A stretch of 64,000 nucleotides of DNA from an uncultured Mycoplasmatota bacterium (lineage in GTDB: Bacteria > Bacillota_I > Bacilli_A > RF39 > UBA660). The DNA lies in assembly GCA_948434005.1 (NCBI GenBank), contig CAOJEH010000005.1, forward strand, positions 23,372 to 87,371, in the 5' to 3' direction. The translations under genes were made by a program, and so were the position numbers. The notes below the pieces were generated by a model. That model did no database searches, had not been told where the DNA came from, and worked only from the letters and a program-made list of their open reading frames with translations. Shown one piece after another: positions 20,248 to 30,158 of the stretch; position 1 is the stretch's first letter; every line of letters starts with the position of its first letter.

Positions 20248-21438
20248 ATGTTAAAAATAGAAATTATAAAAGCATATTTTGAAACTGAAGATAAGAAATT
20301 TGATTTAGATAAATCTTTAATGTTAAGTGGTAAGTTAGCAGGTGTTTGTTATAATATAGAAGGATTTAATAATTTAAAAGATGAAGATCCCGAAAAGACT
20401 AAAAGAAGAATAACACTTACTAAAAGTAATGGGCATCATAGTGTATATGATCACATTTATATGACCCTTAATATTGTTGATATACCAAAAATACTTGCTA
20501 TGGTTATAAATAATGAGAAGGAATATACAACTAGTGAAAAATCTCTTCGTTATACTCCTGTAGTATCAGGAGCTGATTCAATAATTAGTGAAAAAGAAGC
20601 AAAGCTATATGCTAAATGGATGGAAATATATAAAGATAAAATTAAAAAGGCATATGGTGATATATATAATGATAAAAAAATAGAGAAGCTTGCACAAGAA
20701 AATTCTAGAGCTATTGTAACTGTATTTATGCCAACTACGTTAGTATATACTGTGTCATTAAGACAAATTAATTATATTGTTTCTTATATGAAAAGATATA
20801 TAGATGAGCATGATTCTAATAATAAATTTGAAGTTAAATTGTCTAAATATATGCAAGAATTTATAGATAATATAGATGAACTTAATATATTAGATGAAGA
20901 TTTATTGAAAAATGAAAAAGATAGATCACTTTCATTATTTGGTAAAGATTTGGATAAGAAAGAGATATACTATGGTGAAGTATATTCTACTGTTTATAGG
21001 GTAACGTTTGCTGAACTTGCTCAGGCTCAAAGACATAGAACAATAGATTATAAAATAGAATTAACATCTAAAAAAGAATACTTCGTACCTCCTATAATTA
21101 GAGATGATGAAAAATTAGTTAAAGAATGGTTAAATGATATGGATTCTGTTAAAGATGTAACACCTATAGGAGAGTTAATTACAGTTTATGAAAGAGGAAC
21201 ATATGAAAACTTTATATTAAAATGTAAAGAAAGGTTATGTAGTGCTGCTCAATTAGAAGTTATGTTACAAACAAAAAATACACTTACAGAATATTATAAT
21301 GCTTTAGTTTCTAAAAATAGTGATCTTGCAAGTGATATGGAAAAATACACTCATGGTGCTAGATGTACTTTTTCAGGTTTTAAATGCTCTAGTCAATGTA
21401 AGTTTAAAGAGGGAATAAATCTAAGTAGAAAAATCTAA
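20248..21438 (+). CDS. Tandem-domain flavin-dependent thymidylate synthase (ThyX)-like protein
   Basis: The first half aligns to the ThyX core (GHHSVYDHIYMTLNI...TTSEKSLRYT; SRAIVTVFMPTTLVYTVSLRQINY). The second half is a second ThyX-like repeat carrying FAELAQAQRHRTIDY and ERLCSAAQLEV. At 396 aa it is roughly double a normal ThyX. Confidence 0.55.
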   Translation: MLKIEIIKAYFETEDKKFDLDKSLMLSGKLAGVCYNIEGFNNLKDEDPEKTKRRITLTKSNGHHSVYDHIYMTLNIVDIPKILAMVINNEKEYTTSEKSLRYTPVVSGADSIISEKEAKLYAKWMEIYKDKIKKAYGDIYNDKKIEKLAQENSRAIVTVFMPTTLVYTVSLRQINYIVSYMKRYIDEHDSNNKFEVKLSKYMQEFIDNIDELNILDEDLLKNEKDRSLSLFGKDLDKKEIYYGEVYSTVYRVTFAELAQAQRHRTIDYKIELTSKKEYFVPPIIRDDEKLVKEWLNDMDSVKDVTPIGELITVYERGTYENFILKCKERLCSAAQLEVMLQTKNTLTEYYNALVSKNSDLASDMEKYTHGARCTFSGFKCSSQCKFKEGINLSRKI

Positions 21439-21487
21439 TATTTATTAAAAAATAGTTTAAGGAGTTTATCTCCTTTTTATTTTAATG

Positions 21488-21543
21488 TTGACAATTGAAT
21501 AAGCGTTCAACTATAATAGATATATAATTGAATATATATTCAA
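21488..21543 (+). promoter_or_regulatory. Sigma-A-type promoter with two ArsR/CadC-type palindromic operators
   Basis: TTGACA (21488-21493), an 18-nt spacer, then TATAAT (21512-21517). The spacer holds the imperfect palindrome ATTGAATAAGCGTTCAA (21494-21510). The perfect 16-nt palindrome TTGAATATATATTCAA lies at 21528-21543. Confidence 0.65.
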
Positions 21544-21573
21544 CTATTGTAATATAGTTATATGGAGGTTATT

Positions 21574-21948
21574 ATGTCAAAAAATGAATTTATTTGTGAT
21601 TGTAATGTTATTCATAAAGATTTAGTAGAAAATGTTTCTAGTGAAATGTTAAGTGATGATTTATTTTATAAAATTGCAGATTTTTTTAAGATACTTGGAG
21701 ATACTACTAGGATGAAAATACTTTATGCTTTAGATAAAAGTGAATTATGTGTCTGTGATATAGCAAATGTTTTAGGTATGAGTAAATCATCTATTTCTCA
21801 TCAACTAAGTACTTTAAGAAGAAGTGGTATTGTAAGATGCCGTAAGGTTGGTAAAGAAGTTTATTATATGCTTGATGATGAACATGTAAAAGAAGTTACA
21901 GAGATTGGGTCAATACATATTAAACATAGAGAGGGTGATGTAAACTAA
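21574..21948 (+). CDS. cadC: ArsR/SmtB-family metal-sensing repressor (CadC-like)
   Basis: It has N-terminal Cys residues (CDCNV), DTTRMKILYAL, the alpha3 metal site ELCVCDIANVLGMS and SSISHQLSTLR. ATG 21574 is 5 nt after GGAGG. Confidence 0.85.
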   Translation: MSKNEFICDCNVIHKDLVENVSSEMLSDDLFYKIADFFKILGDTTRMKILYALDKSELCVCDIANVLGMSKSSISHQLSTLRRSGIVRCRKVGKEVYYMLDDEHVKEVTEIGSIHIKHREGDVN

Positions 21949-23807
21949 TGAAGGAGATATTAGAAGATGAAAAATATAGAGTTATAATTAGTTTTATTTT
22001 ATTTCTAGTAGCTCTTATAGTAAAATTTGATAATGTTTTAATTAACAATATCCTATATATTATAAGTTATTTATTAGTAGGATTTGAAATATTAAAGAAT
22101 GCTTTATTAAATATTGTAAAAGGAAAAATATTTGATGAAAATTTTCTAATGACTATTGCAACAATAGGCGCTTTTATAATAGGTGAAATTCCTGAAGCTG
22201 TTGCAGTTATGTTATTTTATCAGGTAGGAGAGTTGTTTCAAGATTATGCAGTAGATAAATCAAAAAAATCTATAACAGAATTAATGAATATTAGACCTGA
22301 TATTGCTAATGTGTTAGAAAAAGATAAAATAAGAAAAGTTAGTCCAGAAGAAGTAGCAGTTGGTTCTATAATTGTAATTTCACCTGGAGAAAAGATACCT
22401 TTAGATGGAGTTATTATAGAAGGAAATAGTAGTGTTGATACTAAAGCTTTAACAGGTGAAGCTATGCCTTCTAATGTTTCTATAGGTGATAATATTATAA
22501 GTGGTTGTATTAATTTAAATGGTGTCATAAAAGTTAAGGTAACTAAAGACTTTGAAGAATCTACCATAAGTAAAATACTTGATTTAGTAGAAAATGCAAC
22601 TAGTAGAAAATCTAAATCAGAAAAGTTTATTACAAAATTTGCTAGATTTTATACACCAATAGTTGTTGTAATTGCTATTATTTTAGGAACTGTTATACCT
22701 TTTATAACAGATGGAAATTACAAAGAATGGATTTATAGAGCATTATCATTTTTAGTAGTATCTTGTCCATGTGCTTTAGTTATTTCAATTCCATTAAGTT
22801 TTTTTGGAGGGATTGGTGGAGCTAGTAAAATAGGTGTATTAATTAAGGGTAGTAATTATTTAGAAATGTTATCTGGAGTTGATACAATGTTATTTGATAA
22901 AACTGGTACATTAACTGAAGGTGTATTTTTTATTCAAAAGGTTAATCCTATAGATATTAGTGATGATAAGTTATTGGAAATAGTTGCTTATGCAGAGAAT
23001 TATTCTAATCATCCTATAGCAGATACTATAAAAAGATTTTATAATAAAAAAATAGATGAAAAAAAGATTAAAAATATAGAAGAGTTAGCAGGATTAGGTA
23101 TTAGCGCTGTAATTGATAATAAAAAGGTCTTAGTAGGTAATGAAAAACTAATGAAAGAAAAGAAAATAGACTTTAAAAAATGTAATGATATTGGTACTAT
23201 TTTATATGTTGCAATAAATAGTAAGTATAGTGGTTATATAGTAATTTCAGATCAGATTAAAACGGATTCTAAAGATTTAGTTAAGTCACTTAAATTAAAT
23301 GGCGTGAAAAATATAATAATGCTTACTGGTGATAAGGATAAAGTGGCCAAAGATATTAGTAAAGAATTAAATATTGATCGATATCATGCAGAGTTATTAC
23401 CTCAAGATAAGTATAAAATAGTTGAAACAATTATTAAAAATAAAAATAGTGATAAATTTGTATCTTTTGTAGGTGATGGAATAAATGATGCTCCTGTTCT
23501 CGCTTTAGCAGATGTTGGTATTGCTATGGGAGGAGTAGGTGCAGATAGTGCAATTGAGGCAGCAGATATTGTTATTATGAATGATGAGATATCGAAAATA
23601 GTTAGTGCAATAAATATTTCTAGAAAGACAATGAAAATAGTTAAAGAAAATATTTTCTTTGCGATAATAGTAAAAATAGCAATACTTATTTTCTCAGCAT
23701 TAGGAATAGCTTCAATGTGGCATGCAGTTTTTGCAGATGTTGGTGTTTCAATTATTGCTATATTAAATTCACTTAGAATGTTACGAGTAAAAAAGATAGG
23801 AGATTAG
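21948..23807 (+). CDS. cadA: P1B-type heavy-metal (Cd/Zn/Co-type) translocating ATPase without an N-terminal metal-binding domain
   Basis: CPC motif (SCPCALVIS), phosphorylation site DKTGTLT, hinge GDGINDAP. TAATG overlap with the cadC stop. No MxCxxC domain at the N-terminus. Confidence 0.85.
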   Translation: MKEILEDEKYRVIISFILFLVALIVKFDNVLINNILYIISYLLVGFEILKNALLNIVKGKIFDENFLMTIATIGAFIIGEIPEAVAVMLFYQVGELFQDYAVDKSKKSITELMNIRPDIANVLEKDKIRKVSPEEVAVGSIIVISPGEKIPLDGVIIEGNSSVDTKALTGEAMPSNVSIGDNIISGCINLNGVIKVKVTKDFEESTISKILDLVENATSRKSKSEKFITKFARFYTPIVVVIAIILGTVIPFITDGNYKEWIYRALSFLVVSCPCALVISIPLSFFGGIGGASKIGVLIKGSNYLEMLSGVDTMLFDKTGTLTEGVFFIQKVNPIDISDDKLLEIVAYAENYSNHPIADTIKRFYNKKIDEKKIKNIEELAGLGISAVIDNKKVLVGNEKLMKEKKIDFKKCNDIGTILYVAINSKYSGYIVISDQIKTDSKDLVKSLKLNGVKNIIMLTGDKDKVAKDISKELNIDRYHAELLPQDKYKIVETIIKNKNSDKFVSFVGDGINDAPVLALADVGIAMGGVGADSAIEAADIVIMNDEISKIVSAINISRKTMKIVKENIFFAIIVKIAILIFSALGIASMWHAVFADVGVSIIAILNSLRMLRVKKIGD

Positions 23808-23809
23808 TT

Positions 23810-24019
23810 ATGAAAAAAATAGAATTAAAGGTAAATAAAATGATGTGTCAGGGTTGTGAAAATAGAATAAAAAATTCTTTAAATATGTTAGAAGAAGTTG
23901 AGTCTGTAGAAGCAGATCATACTAAAGGTACTGTTAAGATTTCCTATTCAAGTGATATAGATATTAATACAATAAAAGAATTGATTAATAGCTTAGATTT
24001 TGAAGTAGTGGAAGATTAA
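23810..24019 (+). CDS. copZ: Heavy-metal-associated (HMA) domain metallochaperone
   Basis: 69 aa with MMCQGCENRI (MxCxxC) in a ferredoxin-like HMA pattern. Confidence 0.85.
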   Translation: MKKIELKVNKMMCQGCENRIKNSLNMLEEVESVEADHTKGTVKISYSSDIDINTIKELINSLDFEVVED

Positions 24020-24020
24020 T

Positions 24021-26204
24021 ATGAAAAAGGTTATTTTAAGTATTGAAGGAATGACTTGTAGTGCTTGTTCAAATGGTTTAGAAAAGTTTTTAAATAAACA
24101 AAATGGAGTACAAGCCAATGTTAATTTAGTTATGGCAACTGCTAGTATAGAGTATGATGAAAAAATAACTATTAGTGATTTGGAAAAATATGTAGCACTG
24201 GCAGGTTTTAAATCATTAGGTATTGCTAACCTTGAAGAGGAAAATAAGAAAAATAGAGTATTACCTTTTATTGTTTACGGAGTGTTAGCTATAATTTTAA
24301 TGTATATCTCTATGGCACATATGTTAGATATAGAAATTCCATTTTTAAAGATGAGTAAGTATCCTGTTAATTACAGCTTAGTATTATTAATTTTAACTAT
24401 CCCATTTTTGTATTATGGCTTTGATATTATAAAAAGTGGTATTAATAATTCAATTCATAAGATGCCTAATATGGATACATTAGTTTCTCTTGGAATAATA
24501 AGTAGTTTTTTATATAGCTTATTTGGAGTTTTAATGGTTATAATAGGTAATGTAAGTTATGTTCATAATCTATATTTTGAATCAACTACTTTTGTAATTT
24601 ATTTTATAAAGCTTGGTAGATATATTGATTTTAATAGTAAAGAAAAAACTAAAAGTGCTATTAAAGGATTAGTTACTATAACTCCTAAGATTGCTAAAAT
24701 AAAAACTTCGGAAGGTATTAAAGAGGTTACTATTGATGAGGTGAAAAAAGGCGATATATTAGTTTGTTATGCAGGAGAAAAAATTGCTACAGATGGTGTT
24801 ATAACAGATGGAGAAAGTCACTTTGATGAAGCTTTTATTACTGGAGAAAGTGTGCCTGTTAATAAAAAGAAAGGTGATAAGGTAATTGCTGGATCAATTA
24901 ATTTTGATGGTACTATTTTTTACAAAGCTGAAAAGATTGGTAAAGATTCTATGATATCTGAAGTTGTTAATTTAGTAATGGAAGCGACTAATACGAAGGC
25001 TCCTATATCTTTATATGCTGATAGAGTAAGTAGTTATTTTGTACCAATAGTTTTAATTATTTCATTTATAACATTTATATGTTGTTTATTATTTGAATTT
25101 TCTTTTAGCTATAGTTTAACTCGTTTTGTTACAGTTTTAGTAGTATCTTGTCCATGTGCATTAGGTCTTGCTACTCCACTAGCTATAGTTGTTAGTGAAG
25201 GAAAACTTGCTAAAAGAGGAATTCTTGTGAAATCTAGTGAAGTAATAGAAGAAGCTAACAAAATAGATACAATTATATTTGATAAAACAGGAACACTAAC
25301 AAAAGGTAATCTAACTATTTCTAAGGTATATAATTATTCATCATATAGCGATAAAAAATTATTATCTATTTTAGGTGGTATAGAATATTCATCTACACAT
25401 CCTATTGCAAAAGGAGTTATTAGTTATATAGATAATAAAAAAATAGATTATAATAAGAATTTAAAAATAAAAAATATCTCTGGTTATGGTCTAAAAACTA
25501 CTATTGATGGAGTAGCTTATTTTGTAGGCAATGAAAAATTATTAAAGAAATTAAATATAAATAATGATTATATTAGTGATTTGGAAGATTTGAAATCTAA
25601 TGGTAATAGTATTGTTTATATTATAGAAGATTCTAATATAATTGGTCTTATTGGTGTAAAAGATACTATAAGAGATAATGCTAAAGAAGTAATTAATACT
25701 CTAAAGAGTAATAATATAGAAGTTATTATGCTTACAGGAGATAATAAAACTACAGCGTCTATAGTTGGAAAAGAGTTAGGTATTACTAATATTATTTCTG
25801 ATGTTATTCCTAAGGAAAAATCTAATGTAATAAAAAAATTAAAAAAAGATAATAAAAAGATAATTATGGTAGGAGATGGGATAAACGATGCTCCTAGTTT
25901 AACAATTTCTGATATAGGAATATCTATATCTAGTGGTACAGATATTGCTATGGACTCTGCAGATGTTATTTTAATGAAAGATGATTTGTCAAAAATTATA
26001 GATTTTCTAAATATTAGCAAAAAAACATTAAGAAATATAAAACAAAATTTATTTTGGGCTTTTTTATATAATATCTGTATGATTCCTATAGCGATGGGTT
26101 TATTTATAAATTATGGTATTTCTATTAATCCAATGATTGCTTGTATATCTATGATTATTAGTAGTTTATTTGTAATATTTAATGCACTTAGATTAAAAAA
26201 ATAA
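24021..26204 (+). CDS. copA: Copper-translocating P1B-type ATPase
   Basis: N-terminal HMA domain GMTCSACSNGLEKFL, CPC motif SCPCALGLATP, DKTGTLT and GDGINDAP. Confidence 0.88.
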   Translation: MKKVILSIEGMTCSACSNGLEKFLNKQNGVQANVNLVMATASIEYDEKITISDLEKYVALAGFKSLGIANLEEENKKNRVLPFIVYGVLAIILMYISMAHMLDIEIPFLKMSKYPVNYSLVLLILTIPFLYYGFDIIKSGINNSIHKMPNMDTLVSLGIISSFLYSLFGVLMVIIGNVSYVHNLYFESTTFVIYFIKLGRYIDFNSKEKTKSAIKGLVTITPKIAKIKTSEGIKEVTIDEVKKGDILVCYAGEKIATDGVITDGESHFDEAFITGESVPVNKKKGDKVIAGSINFDGTIFYKAEKIGKDSMISEVVNLVMEATNTKAPISLYADRVSSYFVPIVLIISFITFICCLLFEFSFSYSLTRFVTVLVVSCPCALGLATPLAIVVSEGKLAKRGILVKSSEVIEEANKIDTIIFDKTGTLTKGNLTISKVYNYSSYSDKKLLSILGGIEYSSTHPIAKGVISYIDNKKIDYNKNLKIKNISGYGLKTTIDGVAYFVGNEKLLKKLNINNDYISDLEDLKSNGNSIVYIIEDSNIIGLIGVKDTIRDNAKEVINTLKSNNIEVIMLTGDNKTTASIVGKELGITNIISDVIPKEKSNVIKKLKKDNKKIIMVGDGINDAPSLTISDIGISISSGTDIAMDSADVILMKDDLSKIIDFLNISKKTLRNIKQNLFWAFLYNICMIPIAMGLFINYGISINPMIACISMIISSLFVIFNALRLKK

Positions 26205-26335
26205 TTATAAAAACAAAAGTAACTAGTTTAAATTAAACAACTAAATTTATTACTTTTGGGTATATTATAAATAATTTGATTTGTGATAGTTTAATATTTT
26301 GATATATGTTATACTTGTTTTAGGTGAAATTAATT

Positions 26336-27115
26336 ATGCTTAAAGATTTTAATATAGGAAATATTAAAAAAATATTTTTAGATTATACTGATTTATATGA
26401 ACATTCTAGTAGAATAACTTTAAAAATTCGACATACTTTGAGAGTTGCTGATAATTGTTATGATATTGCTAAAAGTCTAGGATTAAATGAGGATGATATA
26501 TTTCTAGCTTATGTAATTGGGATATGTCATGATATTGGAAGATTTGAACAAGTTAAAAATTTTGATTCATTTGATGATAAAACTTGTGGTATTGATCATG
26601 CTTCTTATAGTAATAAAGTTTTATTTGAGGATAATTTGATTAAAAAATTTAATATAGATAAATCTTTATATCCAATTATTAAACTTGCAGTATATAATCA
26701 TAATAAAAAAAGTGTTCCTACTAATTTAAATGAAAGAGAACTATTATTTTGTAATATAATACGTGATGCTGATAAATTAGATATTTTATATGCACTTTCA
26801 ACAGACAATTTAGAAGATCTTTTTTGGTATAATGATTTTGATATTTCAAGTATTAGTGATAAAACTTTAGATTATTTTTATCAAGGAGTTTTAATTCCGT
26901 ATTCATATGTTAAAAATAATGCTGATCAAATAGCGGTGTTTTATGGTTATATAAATGATTTGAATTTTAAGATAAGTTATTTAAAAATTAAAGAATCTGA
27001 AATTTATAATATATTTACTGAAAGACTTAAAAAGAAATTCACCTCAGAAAAAGTCCATAATCAAATAAAAGATATCAACGCTTATATTAATAAATTAGTT
27101 GATAATAAAATATAA
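26336..27115 (+). CDS. HD-domain phosphohydrolase
   Basis: H...HD metal motif (HTLRVADN ... ICHDIGRFEQ ... HN ... RDADKLD). ATG 26336 follows TAGGTGA. Confidence 0.75.
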   Translation: MLKDFNIGNIKKIFLDYTDLYEHSSRITLKIRHTLRVADNCYDIAKSLGLNEDDIFLAYVIGICHDIGRFEQVKNFDSFDDKTCGIDHASYSNKVLFEDNLIKKFNIDKSLYPIIKLAVYNHNKKSVPTNLNERELLFCNIIRDADKLDILYALSTDNLEDLFWYNDFDISSISDKTLDYFYQGVLIPYSYVKNNADQIAVFYGYINDLNFKISYLKIKESEIYNIFTERLKKKFTSEKVHNQIKDINAYINKLVDNKI

Positions 27116-27208
27116 TCTTTTATCATATTTTTTAAGTTTTTATAATAAATTATATTAAATAGAATAAATAGATTTTTTTTGTAAACACTATAACTGAAAG
27201 GAGTGTTT

Positions 27209-27409
27209 ATGGAGACATTACAAAAGATAGCTTTAGTATTTACAATTATTGGAGCATTAAATTGGTTATTAATTGGTTTGTTTGATTTTAATTTAGTTAC
27301 TGCTATTTTTCAAGAGGGATCATTTTTAACTAATTTAATTTATATAATAGTAGGTATATGTGGGCTTATAAATATTGGAATATTATTTAAACATTTAAAA
27401 TATGAATAA
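27209..27409 (+). CDS. DUF378-family small membrane protein
   Basis: It has two TM helices with the characteristic IGALNWLLIGLFDFNLV motif. ATG 27209 follows AAAGGAG. Confidence 0.7.
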   Translation: METLQKIALVFTIIGALNWLLIGLFDFNLVTAIFQEGSFLTNLIYIIVGICGLINIGILFKHLKYE

Positions 27410-27469
27410 TTGAGACTTTTAGTATTTAAAAGTTTCTTTTTTTTTGATAAAATATTTTTATAGTTTATT

Positions 27470-27545
27470 GCCGATTTAGCTTAGTTGGTAGAGCAACTCA
27501 TTCGTAATGAGTAGGTCGAAGGTTCAAATCCTTTAATCGGCACCA
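27470..27545 (+). tRNA. tRNA-Thr (anticodon CGT)
   Basis: 76-nt cloverleaf read by hand: acceptor gccgatt/aatcggc, D-arm gctt-agttggta-gagc, anticodon stem actca/tgagt with loop ttCGTaa, T-arm gaagg-ttcaaat-ccttt, and an encoded CCA. Confidence 0.9.
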
Positions 27546-27629
27546 AATTGATAGGAAAATCGAGCTTTTTGAGTATTAAGTAATATGCACTAGACGTATG
27601 TCTTATATATATTAGAAGGAGTTTTTGAA

Positions 27630-28880
27630 ATGAATGATAAAATAATAGTTAATAATTTAAATGATATGAATACTTTAGAACAAAAATATATTAATTTATT
27701 ATTAAAAAGATGTATTAATTTTAAAAATTCTAATTCTTTACTTATTAGTTATCAATCTGAAAATATTGATTTTATTAATAAACTTGTAAAAAGTGCAAGA
27801 CAATATGGAATTAATGATATATATCTTTATGATGAAAATATTTATCAAAAGCATGAAATATTAAAAAATATATCAATTGATGAAATAGAAAATCATCCAA
27901 TTTTTAATAAAAAAGTGTGGGATGAATATGCATTAAAAGGTGCCTCATTTTTAATATTAGAATCTGAATTTCCTGGTTTGATGGATGATATTAGTCCAGA
28001 AAAACTTGCTAAAGCTCGTTATATTGATAGAGCAACTAGACCTATTTATAAAAAACTCCAATTAGAATTTAAAATTCCTTGGTGTATCGCTAGTTTACCA
28101 TCTAAGACTTGGGCAGCTAATCTTTTTCCTGATTTAGCAGATAATGATGCATACAATAAATTATTTGATCTAATTTGTGAAATGTGTATGGTAAAAACAG
28201 TTGATCCAATAGAAAGTTGGAATAATTTTTTTAAAAAACAAGAAATTTTAAAAGAAAAGTTGAATTCTTTAAAAATATCAAGAATGCACTATCAAAATAG
28301 TCTAGGAACTGACCTTCAGGTTGAACTTACACCTAATACTCTATGGCATAGTGCAGGGAGTTTAGGGAAGGATATGTTAGTTAATTTACCATCATATGAA
28401 ATTTTTTCTAATCCCAATTTTCGTAAAACAAATGGTATTGTCTATAGTTCAAAACCACTTTGTTATAATGGCTCATTTATAAAGGATTTCTATTTAAAAT
28501 TTAAAGATGGCAAAGTAATTAATTATGGTGCTAAAGAAGGGGAAGAATTATTAAAAGGTATAATTGAAAGTGATGATTATTCATCATATTTAGGAGAAGT
28601 AGCTTTAGTTTCTTGTGATTCACCTATATCTAATACAAATATTGTTTATGGAAACACAACTTTTGATGAAAATGCATCATGTCATTTGGCTTTAGGAAAT
28701 GGATTCTCAGAATGTATTATGAATAATGAAAGATTTAGTGAGGAAGAATTATTTGATATAGGTGTAAATCCATCTAAAAATCATATTGATTTTATGATAG
28801 GAACAAATGATTTAGAAATTGAGGCAGAAACACATAAGGGAAAAATTTTAATATTTAAAAACGGGAAATATAATATTTAA
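27630..28880 (+). CDS. M29-family aminopeptidase (AmpS/PepS-like)
   Basis: 416 aa with the typical M29 C-terminal metal-ligand region (GEVALV, TFDENASCHLALGNGF, HIDFMIG). Confidence 0.75.
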   Translation: MNDKIIVNNLNDMNTLEQKYINLLLKRCINFKNSNSLLISYQSENIDFINKLVKSARQYGINDIYLYDENIYQKHEILKNISIDEIENHPIFNKKVWDEYALKGASFLILESEFPGLMDDISPEKLAKARYIDRATRPIYKKLQLEFKIPWCIASLPSKTWAANLFPDLADNDAYNKLFDLICEMCMVKTVDPIESWNNFFKKQEILKEKLNSLKISRMHYQNSLGTDLQVELTPNTLWHSAGSLGKDMLVNLPSYEIFSNPNFRKTNGIVYSSKPLCYNGSFIKDFYLKFKDGKVINYGAKEGEELLKGIIESDDYSSYLGEVALVSCDSPISNTNIVYGNTTFDENASCHLALGNGFSECIMNNERFSEEELFDIGVNPSKNHIDFMIGTNDLEIEAETHKGKILIFKNGKYNI

Positions 28881-28961
28881 TTTATTTTTTTTAAAATACT
28901 AAATGTATAAAAAGCTCGGAATTTTTATATCCCGAGTTTTAATATTTTGTAAATAATTTAT

Positions 28962-29984
28962 TTACTTCTTTAATAGTCTTTTTTGCTCTTCTGCTGTAAA
29001 GAAACAATTATTTTTTTTGATTCCAAAATATGAATTAGTTAAGTTATCATTACCATCTTGATAGTTTGGTTTTCTTCTATTTAAACCTAGTAAAGCATTT
29101 AATTGATCATCAGTATAGCTATCATAGCATACACTAATTAAATTATCTAATAAAGATATATCACCAATTAGTAATACTTCTCTTAGCTTTATAATTTTAT
29201 CAAACATATCAGGGTCTAAAAATTCCATTAACGCTCCTTTTTGTATTACAAGCTCTTCAGAATTATCATCACCTTTTTTTGGTATAAGTTCATTTCTATA
29301 AGATATTTGATTATCCCACTCTGTTTCTGATAAAAATAAATGTAGTTTATCTTCATTTCCTTTGCCAGCTGAGAAAACTCCCACATATTTTCTATATTCA
29401 TGTTTATATCTTTGTTTATCATATTCACCTTTTGTAATTATATGTTTAATAAAACCATTACAATCGTCATAAGGCATTATGTCAATTGTTTCATTATAAT
29501 CTTCGAAAGTAGTTTTGTATCCAAATGTTTTACTATTTCTTAATATTTTTAAAGTTATATTTCCCTTATCAGCTATATTACAATTTATTAATGGATGACA
29601 AAAACAAGAAATTCCATATTCAGAATCTACAGAACTGCTTAGTAAAAATTCACCAGATAGTTTTATATTATTTTCTTTTTTTAATTCAAAAATAATTTTA
29701 CTATTCCATTCTCCAAATAAAGCATTTCCACATTCTATATCAACAAAACCAATCATTTTAGCAATTTCGAAGCTTGCATCTAATACACTATTATTATAAT
29801 TTGCGGACATTATAACTTTATCATTATCAAAGTATAATTGTCCAACTTCATTTGTATTCTTATCAAATATTTTTATTTTTGAAGATTCATCGATATCACT
29901 TGTATTTCCCAATATAAGACCAAAAGTATTTAAAAATATTCTAGCAGCGCATGTATTTTGTTGTGGGGTCAAGTCTTTTTCCAT
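28962..29984 (-). CDS. Hypothetical protein
   Basis: 340-aa ORF with AGGAGG upstream on the minus strand and no recognised motif. Confidence 0.5.
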   Translation of the reverse strand: MEKDLTPQQNTCAARIFLNTFGLILGNTSDIDESSKIKIFDKNTNEVGQLYFDNDKVIMSANYNNSVLDASFEIAKMIGFVDIECGNALFGEWNSKIIFELKKENNIKLSGEFLLSSSVDSEYGISCFCHPLINCNIADKGNITLKILRNSKTFGYKTTFEDYNETIDIMPYDDCNGFIKHIITKGEYDKQRYKHEYRKYVGVFSAGKGNEDKLHLFLSETEWDNQISYRNELIPKKGDDNSEELVIQKGALMEFLDPDMFDKIIKLREVLLIGDISLLDNLISVCYDSYTDDQLNALLGLNRRKPNYQDGNDNLTNSYFGIKKNNCFFTAEEQKRLLKK

Positions 29985-30158
29985 AATCTATAAAGCCTCC
30001 TTCATAATGCTTAATATTATAACACATAATTTCTTTATTTTATAGTAAATCTATAATAAATTTATTGAAATATGTTATACTTATATTAATTATTTATATA
30101 AATTGATTATACTATGGAAATATATGTAACTGTTTTAAAATTATAGGAGGAATATGAT

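Noticed and set aside
23810-24019. I considered whether copZ is a frameshifted N-terminal metal-binding domain of the downstream ATPase (a pseudogene signature).
   Set aside because: The downstream CopA retains its own intact HMA domain (GMTCSAC) and its own start. copZ has a proper start and stop and the size of free CopZ chaperones.
28905-28960. The hairpin ctcggaattttta tatcccgag with a tail gttttaatatt resembles the hairpin in the repeated islet module (ttcgagttttaatat).
   Set aside because: The similarity is limited to a generic CTCGA/TCGAG stem plus a T-run, and the same pattern is seen at 36485-36509. It is most simply a common terminator form, not a mobile repeat.
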